Assembly: GCA_044368775.1 (NCBI GenBank)
Contig: JBILJA010000001.1
Location: 1-50,045, forward strand
From: Burkholderiaceae bacterium
GTDB lineage: Bacteria > Pseudomonadota > Gammaproteobacteria > Burkholderiales > Burkholderiaceae_B
Reading direction: 5' to 3'
DNA length: 50,045 nucleotides
Numbering within the stretch: the first letter of the stretch is position 1; every line of letters starts with the position of its first letter. Shown here one piece after another: positions 19,902-30,556 of the stretch. The position numbers were made by a program, and so were the translations under genes. The notes under the pieces were generated by a model. That model worked only from the letters and a program-made list of their open reading frames with translations. It had not been told where the DNA came from and searched no databases.

Positions 19902-22769
19902 TTATTTCGTCAGCATGAAGGTCTTGAACTTGCCAAACGCTTGCTCGACCAGCGCTTTCTGCTGCTCAAGGTGTTTAGCCAGATAGCCAACGGCTGGCGA
20001 GGCGGAGGCCGCACGGCCTGCGTAACCAAGCTTTTGACCGCTAGACATGTTCTGATACAAGTGATGCTGAACATAGAACCAAGGACCTTGGTTCTGTGGC
20101 TCATCCTGGACCCAGACCACTTCCGTTGCTTTGGGGTATTTGCGCAGTTCAGTTTCAAACGTTTTGTGTGCAAACGGATAGAGCTGTTCGACGCGAATAA
20201 TCGCAACAGAGTTGTCCTTGCGCTCGCGACGACCGTTGACCAAATCGTAGTAAACCTTGCCTGAGCACACCAATACACGCTTGACCGAAGCGGGATTAAT
20301 GGCCTCATCGACCTCGGCAATGATCGGACGGAAGCGGCCATTCGCAAGATCCGACAAAGGTGAACCAGCATCCTTGTTACGGAGCAAGGACTTAGGCGTC
20401 AAAATCACCAAAGGCTTACGGAACTGGCGAATCATCTGACGACGCAGCAGATGGAAAATCTGAGCAGCGGTCGTAGGCTGAACCACCTGGATGTTATTGT
20501 CCGCGCAAAGTTGCAAGAATCGCTCGATACGTGCGGATGAGTGCTCTGGGCCTTGACCTTCGTAGCCATGCGGCAACATCATGGTCAAACCAGACTGACG
20601 ACCCCATTTCGCCTCACCGGAAACGATGAACTGATCAATCACAACCTGTGCACCGTTGACGAAATCACCGAACTGAGCTTCCCAGATGGTGAGGGTCTTG
20701 GGATCTGCGCACGAGTAACCGTATTCGAAACCAAGAACGGCTTCTTCGGACAACACAGAGTCGATCACCGTAAAGGGTGCCTGACCTTCTGCAACATGTT
20801 GCAGGGGAATATACGTACCATCGTCCCAACGCTCACGATTTTGATCATGCAATACAGCATGTCGGTGCGTAAACGTGCCACGACCAGAGTCTTGACCCGT
20901 GATGCGAACCGCGTAACCTGCTGCAACCAGTGTTGCAAAAGCCAAATGCTCGCCCATGCCCCAGTCGAGATTCATCTCACCGCGCGCCATCGCGCGACGA
21001 TCGTTCAACAACTTAGTCACGAGTGAGTGAGGGGCAAAGCCCTCTGGGAAGGCTGTGAGCTTTTCACCGATGCGCTTGAGCTCGGTGATTGGCACAGCGG
21101 TGTCGGCCTGGTCAGTCCACTTGGCATTGAGGTAAGACGACCAGTCGATCGCATACTTGCTCTTGTAGTCTGTCAACACAGGCTCAATCGTACGGCGACC
21201 ATCTTCCATGTATTGGCGATAGTCTTTGACGAGTTGATCTCCGTCACCGTCTTTCAAAACGCCCTGCGCAGTCAATTTGTCTGCATAGAGCTTACGTGTG
21301 CCGGGGTGCGCGCCAATCGTCTTGTACATCAGCGGCTGCGTCAACGAGGGTGTGTCTTGTTCGTTGTGACCGAGCTTACGGAAACAAACAATATCGACCA
21401 CGACGTCTTTACCAAACTGCATGCGGAAATCGAGCGCCAGACGGGTTGCAAAGACAACAGCCTCAGGATCGTCACCGTTGACATGGAAGACCGGTGCCTC
21501 GATCATTTTGGAGACATCGGTACAGTAAATCGTCGAACGTGTATCGCGTGGGTCAGACGTCGTGAAACCGATCTGGTTGTTAATGACCAGATGCAAGGTA
21601 CCACCCGTACCGTAACCGCGCGTTTCAGCGAGGTTGAGTGTTTCCATCACAACGCCCTGACCTGCAAAGGCCGCATCGCCGTGAACCAACACGGGCAAGA
21701 CCTGCTTGTAACCGTCCGCACCGCGACGTTCTTGACGCGCGCGCACGCTACCCTCGACAACGGGATTGACGATCTCAAGGTGCGAGGGGTTAAAGGCGAG
21801 CGACAAGTGCACTGGGCCACCGCGCGTCGACAAATCGCTTGAAAATCCGTTGTGGTACTTGACGTCACCATCGGTCAGACCTTCGGCGTGATGTCCCTCG
21901 AACTCAGCGAACAAATCACCAGGCATCTTGCCCATGATGTTGACCAACATATTGAGACGACCACGGTGAGCCATACCCACCACGATTTCTTGGACGCCTG
22001 ATTCACCCGCGTGATTGACGACCTCATCCATCGAAGCGATAAAGCTATCACCGCCCTCGAGAGAGAAGCGCTTTTGGCCAACGTATTTGGTGTGGAGATA
22101 ACGCTCAAGACCTTCGGCCTCGGTCAACTGCTGCAAAATGTGGCGCTTGCGGTCGGCTGCGAAAGTGGGTGCGCCAAGTGTGGACTCGAGCCGCTCTTGA
22201 ACCCAGCGCTTGACAGTCGGATCCGAGGCATGCATGAACTCAGCGCCGATCGAGCGGCAGTACGTGTCACGCAAGGCTTTCAAGATCTCGCGCAACGTCA
22301 TCGTTGTCGCTTTGGTGAAATACGTATTGGTTGCGGAGAAAACTTGATCCAAGTCAGCTTCGGTCAGACCATAAAATGCGGGATCGAGCTCAGGAATACT
22401 GGGACGATCTTGACGCTTGAGTGGGTCTAGGTCCGCCCAGCGCGAGCCAAGCGAGCGATACGCGGCAATCAGCGACTGAACGTGCACTTGTTTCATCGCC
22501 ACTGCAAGATCGGGCTCTTGTCCACGCTGAACAAAAGCGTTGGCTTTTGCACGTTGGGCGAAGGACTCGATGATGGGTGCGTGAGCCTGGTCACGTGTGG
22601 CTTCTTGGCCATCCGTTGCCGGCATGTGTTGCAACTGGTCGAAATAATTTCGCCAATTATCTGGAACCGAACCTGGATTATCCAGATAGGCTTCGTAGAG
22701 TTCTTCTACGTAGGGCGCATTGCCCCCAAAAAGGTAAGAATTCTGTAGAGATTCGAGTTCTGATGACAT
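19902..22769 (-). CDS. sucA: 2-oxoglutarate dehydrogenase E1
   Basis: GMAHRGRLN, HGDAAFAGQG, WEAQFGDF and PHGYEGQGPEHSS. Confidence 0.97.
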   Translation of the reverse strand: MSSELESLQNSYLFGGNAPYVEELYEAYLDNPGSVPDNWRNYFDQLQHMPATDGQEATRDQAHAPIIESFAQRAKANAFVQRGQEPDLAVAMKQVHVQSLIAAYRSLGSRWADLDPLKRQDRPSIPELDPAFYGLTEADLDQVFSATNTYFTKATTMTLREILKALRDTYCRSIGAEFMHASDPTVKRWVQERLESTLGAPTFAADRKRHILQQLTEAEGLERYLHTKYVGQKRFSLEGGDSFIASMDEVVNHAGESGVQEIVVGMAHRGRLNMLVNIMGKMPGDLFAEFEGHHAEGLTDGDVKYHNGFSSDLSTRGGPVHLSLAFNPSHLEIVNPVVEGSVRARQERRGADGYKQVLPVLVHGDAAFAGQGVVMETLNLAETRGYGTGGTLHLVINNQIGFTTSDPRDTRSTIYCTDVSKMIEAPVFHVNGDDPEAVVFATRLALDFRMQFGKDVVVDIVCFRKLGHNEQDTPSLTQPLMYKTIGAHPGTRKLYADKLTAQGVLKDGDGDQLVKDYRQYMEDGRRTIEPVLTDYKSKYAIDWSSYLNAKWTDQADTAVPITELKRIGEKLTAFPEGFAPHSLVTKLLNDRRAMARGEMNLDWGMGEHLAFATLVAAGYAVRITGQDSGRGTFTHRHAVLHDQNRERWDDGTYIPLQHVAEGQAPFTVIDSVLSEEAVLGFEYGYSCADPKTLTIWEAQFGDFVNGAQVVIDQFIVSGEAKWGRQSGLTMMLPHGYEGQGPEHSSARIERFLQLCADNNIQVVQPTTAAQIFHLLRRQMIRQFRKPLVILTPKSLLRNKDAGSPLSDLANGRFRPIIAEVDEAINPASVKRVLVCSGKVYYDLVNGRRERKDNSVAIIRVEQLYPFAHKTFETELRKYPKATEVVWVQDEPQNQGPWFYVQHHLYQNMSSGQKLGYAGRAASASPAVGYLAKHLEQQKALVEQAFGKFKTFMLTK

Positions 22770-22771
22770 TT

Positions 22772-22858
22772 TAGCGCTTCACCTATTCGGGTGCTTCACC
22801 CGTTACGATGCAGGAATACCTTCCGTTTTCTCGGCCAAACCGATTTGCGGATAGCGGG
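22772..22858 (-). ncRNA. sucA leader RNA motif (cis-regulatory, Burkholderiales)
   Basis: The minus strand reads ATCCGCAAATCGGTTTGGCCGAGAAAACGGAAGG (nested TCCG/CGGA and TCGG/CCGA stems), then hairpin CGGGTG-AAG-CACCCG before the AGGTGA RBS. Position and sequence match the sucA RNA motif as I recall it; boundaries are approximate. Confidence 0.7.
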
Positions 22859-23001
22859 GCAGAAGGCGGTTGTTTAAAAGCCTTAAGAGCCGGCACATAA
22901 GTATAACCCTAAGCTTTTAAATGTTTTGGCTATTCACACTAGAAAATGCGCTTGACCCCTTAAGACGTCAGACGCACGCCACATATTCAAATACAAATTC
23001 A

Positions 23002-23053
23002 ATTGCTGCGATGCAGCAATGCAGCAATGCAGCGAACATGCTGCGCCGCAAAA
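23002..23053. promoter_or_regulatory. Cluster of PhaR-like TGC/GCA boxes upstream of maeB
   Basis: Inverted repeat ATTGCTGC-GAT-GCAGCAAT (23002-23020), tandem ATGCAGC x3, and ATGCTGCGCCGCAAAA (23038-23053). Confidence 0.55.
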
Positions 23054-23142
23054 CCGAAACATATCCCCATTACGTGTCAGGGCCAGCACTTGCCTGTAAG
23101 CTTGATGCTACCGATCCCCCCTTTCCTGCTTCGAAGAGATCC

Positions 23143-25428
23143 ATGGACGAAAACCTCTCTAAATTAGCCCTCGACTACCACGCCTATCCCACCCCTGGGA
23201 AAATCTCTGTCACGCCTACCAAGCCTCTGGCCAATCAGGACGACTTGTCTCTGGCCTATTCGCCTGGTGTGGCGGCAGCCTGTATGGCGATTTACGCCCA
23301 AGGCGACGAAGCGGCCGCCAAATACACCTCTCGCTCAAATCTCGTTGCTGTCATTACGAACGGAACGGCTGTGTTGGGGCTAGGTAATATTGGTCCTTTG
23401 GCAGCCAAGCCTGTGATGGAGGGCAAAGGTTGTTTATTTAAAAAATTCGCAGGTATCGATGTATTCGATATCGAGCTCGCCGAAACAGACCCCGACAAAC
23501 TTGTCGAAATCATTGCGGCCTTGGAGCCGACGCTCGGCGGTATCAATCTCGAAGACATCAAGGCACCTGAGTGCTTTTACATCGAGAAAAAACTGCGCGA
23601 GCGCATGAACATTCCCGTTTTTCATGACGACCAACACGGCACGGCGATCATCTCTTCTGCTGCGATCATGAACGGCCTGAAGGTCGTCGGAAAAAAGATG
23701 GGTGAAGTCAAACTCGTTGTGTCAGGCGCGGGGGCTGCGTCGATCGCATGTCTGGATCTGCTCGTCCACCTAGGCATCAAAAAAGAAAATATTTTTGTTT
23801 GCGATTCCCGCGGCGTGATTTACGAAGGCCGGGATGCGCAAATGGAGGAAAACAAAAAGCGCTATGCACAAAAGACCGCGCTTCGAACACTCGCAGACGC
23901 CATGGTCGGCGCCGATGTCTTTCTAGGCTGCTCGGCACCTGGCGTGGTCAATGCAGAAATGGTCAAGAGCATGGGGACCAAGCCCTTGATTTTGGCGCTC
24001 GCCAATCCAGAACCAGAAATCAGACCCGAGATCGCCAAAGCAGCGCGTCCCGACTGCATCATCGCGACGGGTCGCTCCGACTACCCAAATCAAGTCAATA
24101 ACGTTCTTTGCTTCCCCTTTATTTTCCGTGGCGCGCTCGATGCGGGCGCAAGCAGCATCACCGAAGAAATGAAACTCGCGTGCGTCAAGGCGATCGCCGA
24201 GCTGGCCGAGGCAGAACAAAGCGATGAGGTCGCTCAGGCCTATGCAGGTCAAGAACTAAGCTTTGGCCCTGACTACATCATCCCAAAGCCTTTCGATCCC
24301 CGTCTGATCGTTCAAATCGCGCCCGCTGTGGCGCAGGCCGCTGCCGACTCAGGTGTAGCGCGACGACCCATTCAAGACATGGAGGCCTACAAGGCAAAAC
24401 TCCAGGCGATGGTCTATCACTCAGGCCAGCTGATGAGTCCGCTGTTTACGCAAGCCAAACGTGCACCTAAGCGTGTGATTTATGCAGACGGCGAAGACGA
24501 ACGCGTCCTGCGTGCTGCGCAAACGGTCTCTGACGAAAAAATTGCTTTCCCGATTTTGATTGGTCGTCCCTCCGTGATCAATATGCGGATCAAAAAAATG
24601 GGGCTTCGCCTTGAGGTCGGCAAAAACATCGAGATCGTAGATCCTGAAGATGACGCCCGTTTCAACGAGTCCTGGCAAGAGTATTACCGCATTAAAGGTC
24701 GCGAAGGTGTGACGCCGACTGTTGCCAAAGCGATGGTACGCAAGCACAACACACTGATCGCCGTGTTGCTGCTCAAACGTGGCGATGCCGATGCTGTGCT
24801 TTGCGGCATTGGCAGCCGCTTCGACAATCAACTCAAATATGTCGAAGACGTTATTGGTCTTCAAAAAGGCGCGTCGACGTTTGCAGCGATGAACGTGCTG
24901 ATGCTCTCGGACCAGACATTGTTTATCTGCGACACGCACGTCAACGAAGATCCTAGCGCAGAACAAGTTGCGGATATGACGATTCAAGCTGCGCACAAAA
25001 TGCGTAACTTTGGCATCGTTCCAAAAATCGCCCTACTCTCGCATTCGAATTTTGGTAGCCGCCCAACGGCTTCGTCACGCAAAATGGCTCAAGCACGCCG
25101 ACTCATCAGTGAGCGCGCGCCCTCCCTGGAAGTAGACGGTGAAATGCATGCAGACTCCGCACTCTCGGAATCAATCCGCACCGCCAACTATCCGGACAGC
25201 ACCTTAAAAGGCAGTGCCAATCTACTCGTGACTCCGAATCTCGATACCGGCAATGTCACATACAACCTATTAAAAATGACCGGTAGCAACGGCATTGCAA
25301 TGGGACCCGTCTTGTTGGGCGCTGCGCGTCCGGTTCATATATTGACCAATAGCGCCACAGTGCGCCGCGTCATCAATATGACCGCCTTGGCCGTGATTGA
25401 TGCGCAAATGGAAGCCGAGCAACGTTGA
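23143..25428 (+). CDS. maeB: NADP-dependent malic enzyme with phosphotransacetylase-like domain
   Basis: [29 protein letters not shown] and a C-terminal PTA-like domain. ATG at 23143 (MDENLSK). Confidence 0.95.
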   Translation: MDENLSKLALDYHAYPTPGKISVTPTKPLANQDDLSLAYSPGVAAACMAIYAQGDEAAAKYTSRSNLVAVITNGTAVLGLGNIGPLAAKPVMEGKGCLFKKFAGIDVFDIELAETDPDKLVEIIAALEPTLGGINLEDIKAPECFYIEKKLRERMNIPVFHDDQHGTAIISSAAIMNGLKVVGKKMGEVKLVVSGAGAASIACLDLLVHLGIKKENIFVCDSRGVIYEGRDAQMEENKKRYAQKTALRTLADAMVGADVFLGCSAPGVVNAEMVKSMGTKPLILALANPEPEIRPEIAKAARPDCIIATGRSDYPNQVNNVLCFPFIFRGALDAGASSITEEMKLACVKAIAELAEAEQSDEVAQAYAGQELSFGPDYIIPKPFDPRLIVQIAPAVAQAAADSGVARRPIQDMEAYKAKLQAMVYHSGQLMSPLFTQAKRAPKRVIYADGEDERVLRAAQTVSDEKIAFPILIGRPSVINMRIKKMGLRLEVGKNIEIVDPEDDARFNESWQEYYRIKGREGVTPTVAKAMVRKHNTLIAVLLLKRGDADAVLCGIGSRFDNQLKYVEDVIGLQKGASTFAAMNVLMLSDQTLFICDTHVNEDPSAEQVADMTIQAAHKMRNFGIVPKIALLSHSNFGSRPTASSRKMAQARRLISERAPSLEVDGEMHADSALSESIRTANYPDSTLKGSANLLVTPNLDTGNVTYNLLKMTGSNGIAMGPVLLGAARPVHILTNSATVRRVINMTALAVIDAQMEAEQR

Positions 25429-25476
25429 CCGGCATGAGGTAATACATTGGAGGTCGCCCACGAGGCGACACCTCAA

Positions 25477-25512
25477 AATAAAAAACGCCTGAATATTCAG
25501 GCGTTTTTTATT
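25477..25512. terminator. Bidirectional intrinsic terminator between maeB and gltA
   Basis: Perfect 36-bp palindrome AATAAAAAACGCCTGAAT/ATTCAGGCGTTTTTTATT. Confidence 0.9.
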
Positions 25513-25529
25513 GAGACGTATTTTTTTTA

Positions 25530-26834
25530 TTACTTACGCTTGGGGACCGAGCGTGACACGGCACCCTGGTACAACTGGCGGGGACGACCGATCTTGTACT
25601 CTGGATCAGAAATCATTTCGTTCCACTGCGCAATCCAGCCAACAGTACGAGCCAAAGCGAAAATCGCTGTAAACAACGCTGTTGGAACGCCGATGGCGCG
25701 CTGAACGATACCGGAGTAGAAGTCCACGTTTGGATACAGCTTACGCTCTACGAAGTATGGGTCCTCAAGCGCAATGCGCTCGACTTCCATCGCAAGCTTG
25801 AACAGAGGATCGTTTTCCAGACCCAGAGCCGCCAATACTTCCTTGCAGGTTTGTTGCATGAGCTTGGCGCGTGGGTCGTAGTTTTTGTAAACGCGGTGGC
25901 CAAAACCCATTAGGCGCACGCCAGAGTTTTTATCTTTGACCTGCTCCATGAACTCGCCGACTTTAGACATACCGCCCTTGGCCTGCAACTCTTCGAGCAT
26001 CTGCAAGCATGCTTCGTTGGCGCCACCGTGTGCGGGACCCCACAAACATGCAACACCCGCGGCAATCGCAGCGAAAGGGTTCGTGCCTGACGATCCGCAT
26101 AAACGCACGGTAGAGGTCGAAGCATTTTGCTCATGATCAGCATGCAAAATAAAGATGCGATCAAGGGCACGTTCGACAACAGGATTAACCACGTACTCTT
26201 CGCAAGGAGTCGCGAACATCATCCGCAGGAAATTACCCGTGTAGGACAGGTTGTTCTGTGGGTAGATATAAGGCTGCCCTTGTGAATATTTGTATGCCAT
26301 AGCCACAAGCGTTGGCATCTTGGCGATCAGACGAATTGCCGACACATGACGATGATGTGGGTTGCTGATATCAGTCGAGTCGTGATAGAACGCAGACAAG
26401 GCACCGACCAAACCCGTCAACACCGCCATCGGATGCGCATCGCGACGGAAACCGCGCAAGAAGAAATGCATCTGCTCATTGACCATCGTGTGCCTGGATA
26501 CGAGCGTATCAAAATCTACTTTTTGCTTGGAATCGGGTAACTCACCATTGAGGATCAGATAGCTGATATCCATGAAATCGCAATTGACGGCGAGTTCTTC
26601 GATTGGATAACCGCGGTAAAGCAACTCACCCTTGTCACCATCTATGTAGGTGATATTTGACGTACAAGATGCTGTCGATAAAAAACCTGGGTCGTAGGTA
26701 AACAGACCCGTCTGTCCATACAACTTACGAATGTCGATGACCTGCGGGCCAACGCTGCCGTCGTACATCGGAAAATCGACCGAGGGGCTACCGTCTGAGA
26801 ACGAGAGCGTGGCTTTTTTATCGGACAGTTTCAT
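25530..26834 (-). CDS. gltA: Type II citrate synthase
   Basis: [30 protein letters not shown] and YPNVDFYSG. Confidence 0.97.
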   Translation of the reverse strand: MKLSDKKATLSFSDGSPSVDFPMYDGSVGPQVIDIRKLYGQTGLFTYDPGFLSTASCTSNITYIDGDKGELLYRGYPIEELAVNCDFMDISYLILNGELPDSKQKVDFDTLVSRHTMVNEQMHFFLRGFRRDAHPMAVLTGLVGALSAFYHDSTDISNPHHRHVSAIRLIAKMPTLVAMAYKYSQGQPYIYPQNNLSYTGNFLRMMFATPCEEYVVNPVVERALDRIFILHADHEQNASTSTVRLCGSSGTNPFAAIAAGVACLWGPAHGGANEACLQMLEELQAKGGMSKVGEFMEQVKDKNSGVRLMGFGHRVYKNYDPRAKLMQQTCKEVLAALGLENDPLFKLAMEVERIALEDPYFVERKLYPNVDFYSGIVQRAIGVPTALFTAIFALARTVGWIAQWNEMISDPEYKIGRPRQLYQGAVSRSVPKRK

Positions 26835-26879
26835 ACGTATTTCCTTCGTTTAATTATGGTTAGCTAGTCAAGATGCTGT

Positions 26880-27140
26880 CTATGCCGCGCGAATCTGCGC
26901 CAGCACCATCTTGACTGCGGGCCTGTCGAGCGCCCCCTCGGGCTCGATGCGACCTAACAGTAAGTCTAACAGCTCATTATCACCGAGTTCAAATAGTTGA
27001 GTCAGGGCACCAACCTCGACATCCGTTAATTCTTTCTCGAAAGTATCGAGATACTGGGTGAGAATCAGATCATTTTCAAGCAAGCCACGTCTGGCACGCC
27101 AACGTAATCTCACCCGATCCTGATCTGAGAGTGTTCCCAT
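26880..27140 (-). CDS. sdhE: Succinate dehydrogenase flavinylation factor
   Basis: LRWRARRGLLENDL (RGxxE motif); lies between sdhB and gltA. Confidence 0.9.
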   Translation of the reverse strand: MGTLSDQDRVRLRWRARRGLLENDLILTQYLDTFEKELTDVEVGALTQLFELGDNELLDLLLGRIEPEGALDRPAVKMVLAQIRAA

Positions 27141-27152
27141 GTGATCTCAGTG

Positions 27153-27869
27153 CTAGACCGTACGACGCACAAGCATTTCTTTGATCTTGCCAATCGCACG
27201 CGTTGGATTGAGACCTTTTGGACACACGTCCACACAATTCATAATGGTGTGGCAGCGGAACAAACGATAGGGATCCTCGAGGTTGTCGAGACGCTCAGCC
27301 GTTGCGTGATCACGGGTATCCGCAATGAAACGGTAAGCTTGCAACAAACCTGCCGGGCCAACGAATTTGTCAGGATTCCACCAAAAGGACGGGCAAGACG
27401 TCGAACAGCACGCACACAGAATGCACTCATACAGACCGTCAAGCTCTTCACGTGCTTCAGGCGTTTGCAGACGCTCTTTTTCTGGAGGGGGCGTATCGTT
27501 GATGAGGTATGGACGAATAGAGTGATACTGATTGAAGAAGTGCGTCATATCGACGATCAGATCGCGAATCACTGGCAAACCAGGCAAAGGACGTAACACG
27601 ACGGGCTCACTGATCTCGAGCATGTTGGTCGTACAAGCCAAACCATTTTTACCGTTGATGTTCATTGCATCCGAGCCACAAACACCCTCGCGGCAGGAGC
27701 GACGCAATGCCAGACTGTCATCAACATCCATCTTGATGCGCATCAGTGCATCAAGCAGCATCTTGTCAGTCGGTTGCAACTCAACCTCGAGTTTCTGCAT
27801 ATAGGGGCGCTCGTCCTTGTCAGGATCGTAGCGATAGATTTCAAACTTCACGATGCGTTTTTTGCTCAT
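27153..27869 (-). CDS. sdhB: Succinate dehydrogenase iron-sulfur subunit
   Basis: SCREGVCGSD, CILCACCSTSCP and CHTIMNCVDVCP. ATG at 27869. Confidence 0.97.
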   Translation of the reverse strand: MSKKRIVKFEIYRYDPDKDERPYMQKLEVELQPTDKMLLDALMRIKMDVDDSLALRRSCREGVCGSDAMNINGKNGLACTTNMLEISEPVVLRPLPGLPVIRDLIVDMTHFFNQYHSIRPYLINDTPPPEKERLQTPEAREELDGLYECILCACCSTSCPSFWWNPDKFVGPAGLLQAYRFIADTRDHATAERLDNLEDPYRLFRCHTIMNCVDVCPKGLNPTRAIGKIKEMLVRRTV

Positions 27870-27891
27870 GATTTTTTCCAGATATCCTGAC

Positions 27892-29670
27892 TTAGAAGGT
27901 ACGGGTCTTGGGCGGGAAGCTTTCGACGGTGAGTGGCTGCATCTGCACAGGCTTGTAATCCAGGCGATTGCCTTCGGAGTACCAAAGGGTGTGCTTGATC
28001 CAGTTGTCATCGTCACGCGCAGGGAAATCATCGAGCGCGTGGGCGCCACGGCTTTCCGTGCGTGCAGCTGCAGAATGAATCGTCGAACGCGCGACTTCGA
28101 TCATGTTGCTCAGTTCGAGGGCTTCGATACGGGCTGTATTAAAGACCTTAGACTTGTCCTGGAAAGCGATGTTATCGACTTTCTCGGCCAAGGCATCGAT
28201 CTTTGCCACGCCTTCTTTGAGGGAAGCCATCGTGCGGAACACGCCACAGTGCTGTTGCATTGCATTACGGATTTCGTTGCCCACGACTTGGGCTTTTTCG
28301 CCAGTTTTGCGCTGCTCGAGTTTGTTGACGCGATTCAGGGAGAAGTCGACTGACTCTTGGGGCAAAGGCTGATGTGCGTGCTGGCGCTCAGGATGTGCCG
28401 CAACAATATGGTTACCTGCTGCACGACCAAACACGATCAGATCCAACAAGGAGTTGGTTCCTAAACGGTTTGCGCCGTGCACAGAAGTCGCCGAGCACTC
28501 GCCGATCGCGTAGAGGCCATTGACAATATTGGTCTGCTTACCGTCCCATGTGGTCACCTGACCATTGTAGTTACAAGGGATACCACCCATCTGGTAATGG
28601 ATAGTTGGGACAACAGGAATAGGCTCTTTGGTCGCATCAACGTTTGCAAACTTGTGTCCGATTTCTAGAATCGAAGGCAAGCGCTTGTTGATCACATCGG
28701 CACCGAGGTGGTCGAGCTTGAGGTGAACGTAAGCACCGTCCGGTCCACAGCCACGACCTTCTTTAATTTCCTGGTCCATACAACGCGAGATAAAGTCGCG
28801 CGGGGCCAAGTCTTTTAAGGTAGGGGCATAACGCTCCATGAAGCGCTCGCCATCCTTGTTAAGCAAGATACCGCCCTCACCGCGCACACCTTCAGTAATC
28901 AGCACACCCGCACCGGCTACGCCCGTAGGGTGAAACTGCCAAAATTCCATGTCCATCATGGGGATGCCCGCACGAGCGGCCATACCCATTCCGTCACCGG
29001 TATTAATAAAGGCGTTGGTTGATGCAGCCCAAATGCGACCTGCTCCACCTGTTGCGATCACAGTTGTTTTGGCTTCGAAGATGTAAATCTCACCAGTTTC
29101 CATCTCGAGCGCTGTTACACCCAACACATCGCCGGCATCGTTACGGATGAGATCAAGCGCCAACCACTCAACGAAAAACTGCGTGCGTGAAGCGACGTTA
29201 CGCTGATAAAGGGTGTGCAAAAGGGCGTGGCCTGTACGGTCGGCAGCGGCACAGGCGCGCTGGACGGGCTTTTCACCAAAATTGGCGGTGTGACCACCGA
29301 ACGGACGCTGATAAATTGTGCCGTCAGGATTACGGTCAAAAGGCATACCCATGTGCTCGAGCTCATAGATTGCATTAGGCGCTTCGCGACACATGAATTC
29401 GATGGCGTCCTGATCGCCAAGCCAATCTGACCCCTTAACGGTGTCATACATGTGCCAGTACCAATTGTCTTCGCTCATATTGCCTAGCGAGGCGCCAATG
29501 CCACCTTGCGCTGCGACAGTGTGCGAGCGTGTAGGAAAGACTTTTGAAAGCACTGCGACGGACAAGCCCGCATTCGCGAGTTGAAGCGAGCAACGCATGC
29601 CGGCTCCACCGGCACCCACGACCACCACATCAAATTGACGGCGCGGTAAAGAAGTTTTGACAGCTGCCAC
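27892..29670 (-). CDS. sdhA: Succinate dehydrogenase flavoprotein subunit
   Basis: GAGGAG, RSHTVAAQGG (FAD-binding His), QFHPTG and HGANRLG. Confidence 0.97.
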   Translation of the reverse strand: MAAVKTSLPRRQFDVVVVGAGGAGMRCSLQLANAGLSVAVLSKVFPTRSHTVAAQGGIGASLGNMSEDNWYWHMYDTVKGSDWLGDQDAIEFMCREAPNAIYELEHMGMPFDRNPDGTIYQRPFGGHTANFGEKPVQRACAAADRTGHALLHTLYQRNVASRTQFFVEWLALDLIRNDAGDVLGVTALEMETGEIYIFEAKTTVIATGGAGRIWAASTNAFINTGDGMGMAARAGIPMMDMEFWQFHPTGVAGAGVLITEGVRGEGGILLNKDGERFMERYAPTLKDLAPRDFISRCMDQEIKEGRGCGPDGAYVHLKLDHLGADVINKRLPSILEIGHKFANVDATKEPIPVVPTIHYQMGGIPCNYNGQVTTWDGKQTNIVNGLYAIGECSATSVHGANRLGTNSLLDLIVFGRAAGNHIVAAHPERQHAHQPLPQESVDFSLNRVNKLEQRKTGEKAQVVGNEIRNAMQQHCGVFRTMASLKEGVAKIDALAEKVDNIAFQDKSKVFNTARIEALELSNMIEVARSTIHSAAARTESRGAHALDDFPARDDDNWIKHTLWYSEGNRLDYKPVQMQPLTVESFPPKTRTF

Positions 29671-29673
29671 GGC

Positions 29674-30057
29674 TTAATTTCTCCAGAGGATGTGTACGAA
29701 GTACACGACCGAACCGACCAACCACAGGAGGGTCAGGACCAGTAAAAAGATACGAAGGCCTACGGGCTTGATGTAGTCCATCCAGATGTCCCGAACGCCA
29801 ATCCAGGCGTGCCAAGCAAGCGAAAACATCGCGAGTGTGGCGAGAATCTGTCCCACAGGCATGAACAGCACGGTAAACGTGAACAGATTTTTCCAACCGT
29901 CATAGTTAAAGCCTGACATCGTCAGGATGCCGATCAGCAAAACCAGGGTATAAACCGCGAGGATGATGGCAGTGACGCGTTGGGCAATGAACTCGCCTGT
30001 GCCGTAATGGGCGCCAACGACTAGGCGCTTAGGACCAATTTTTTCGACGGGAACCAT
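29674..30057 (-). CDS. sdhD: Succinate dehydrogenase membrane anchor
   Basis: VVGAHYG, QRVTA and HAWIGVRDIWMDY; TGATG overlap with sdhC. Confidence 0.93.
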   Translation of the reverse strand: MVPVEKIGPKRLVVGAHYGTGEFIAQRVTAIILAVYTLVLLIGILTMSGFNYDGWKNLFTFTVLFMPVGQILATLAMFSLAWHAWIGVRDIWMDYIKPVGLRIFLLVLTLLWLVGSVVYFVHILWRN

Positions 30058-30467
30058 CACCAGACTCCGAATAGTTTGAGACCGAATACCAAGGTGAGAG
30101 CCAAGCTCACACCCATCACAAGGCTCGCGCTTTTAGCCGCGGACTCTTTGTCAACACCAATGTGCAAGTCGAGCACTAGGTAACGGATGCCCGCACAGAA
30201 ATGGTGGAGATAACCCCAGATCAGGACCAAAAGAATCACTTTGACGATCGGATGTCCGATCACCATCGCCAGAGCGTTGAAACCGGCCTGGCTGACAAAA
30301 CTCATTGCAAAAAGTGCAATCAGAAATGGCAAGCACAAAAAGAGCAAAGCACCACTCACTCGATGGAGAATGGAAACCTTTCCGGCCATTGGCAAGCGAT
30401 ACTTCATCAAATCCGTAACATTAATGTTACGAAACTGAGGACGCGGCTTGTTAGCTGTGTCAGACAT
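30057..30467 (-). CDS. sdhC: Succinate dehydrogenase cytochrome b556 subunit
   Basis: SILHRVSG, HHFCAGIRYL and three hydrophobic segments. Confidence 0.94.
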   Translation of the reverse strand: MSDTANKPRPQFRNINVTDLMKYRLPMAGKVSILHRVSGALLFLCLPFLIALFAMSFVSQAGFNALAMVIGHPIVKVILLVLIWGYLHHFCAGIRYLVLDLHIGVDKESAAKSASLVMGVSLALTLVFGLKLFGVW

Positions 30468-30556
30468 AACGACCTCGAACGTAGAACAGTTGGATAAGAA
30501 AAAACACTCTATTTTCGCTCATGAAGAGACTGCATTCAAATCAATAAAAAACTCTT

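Noticed and set aside
21027-21842. Long antisense ORFs (also 18586-19323, 32269-33126, 41150-42142)
   Set aside because: Shadow frames opposite conserved, codon-biased enzyme genes, with no recognisable protein features.
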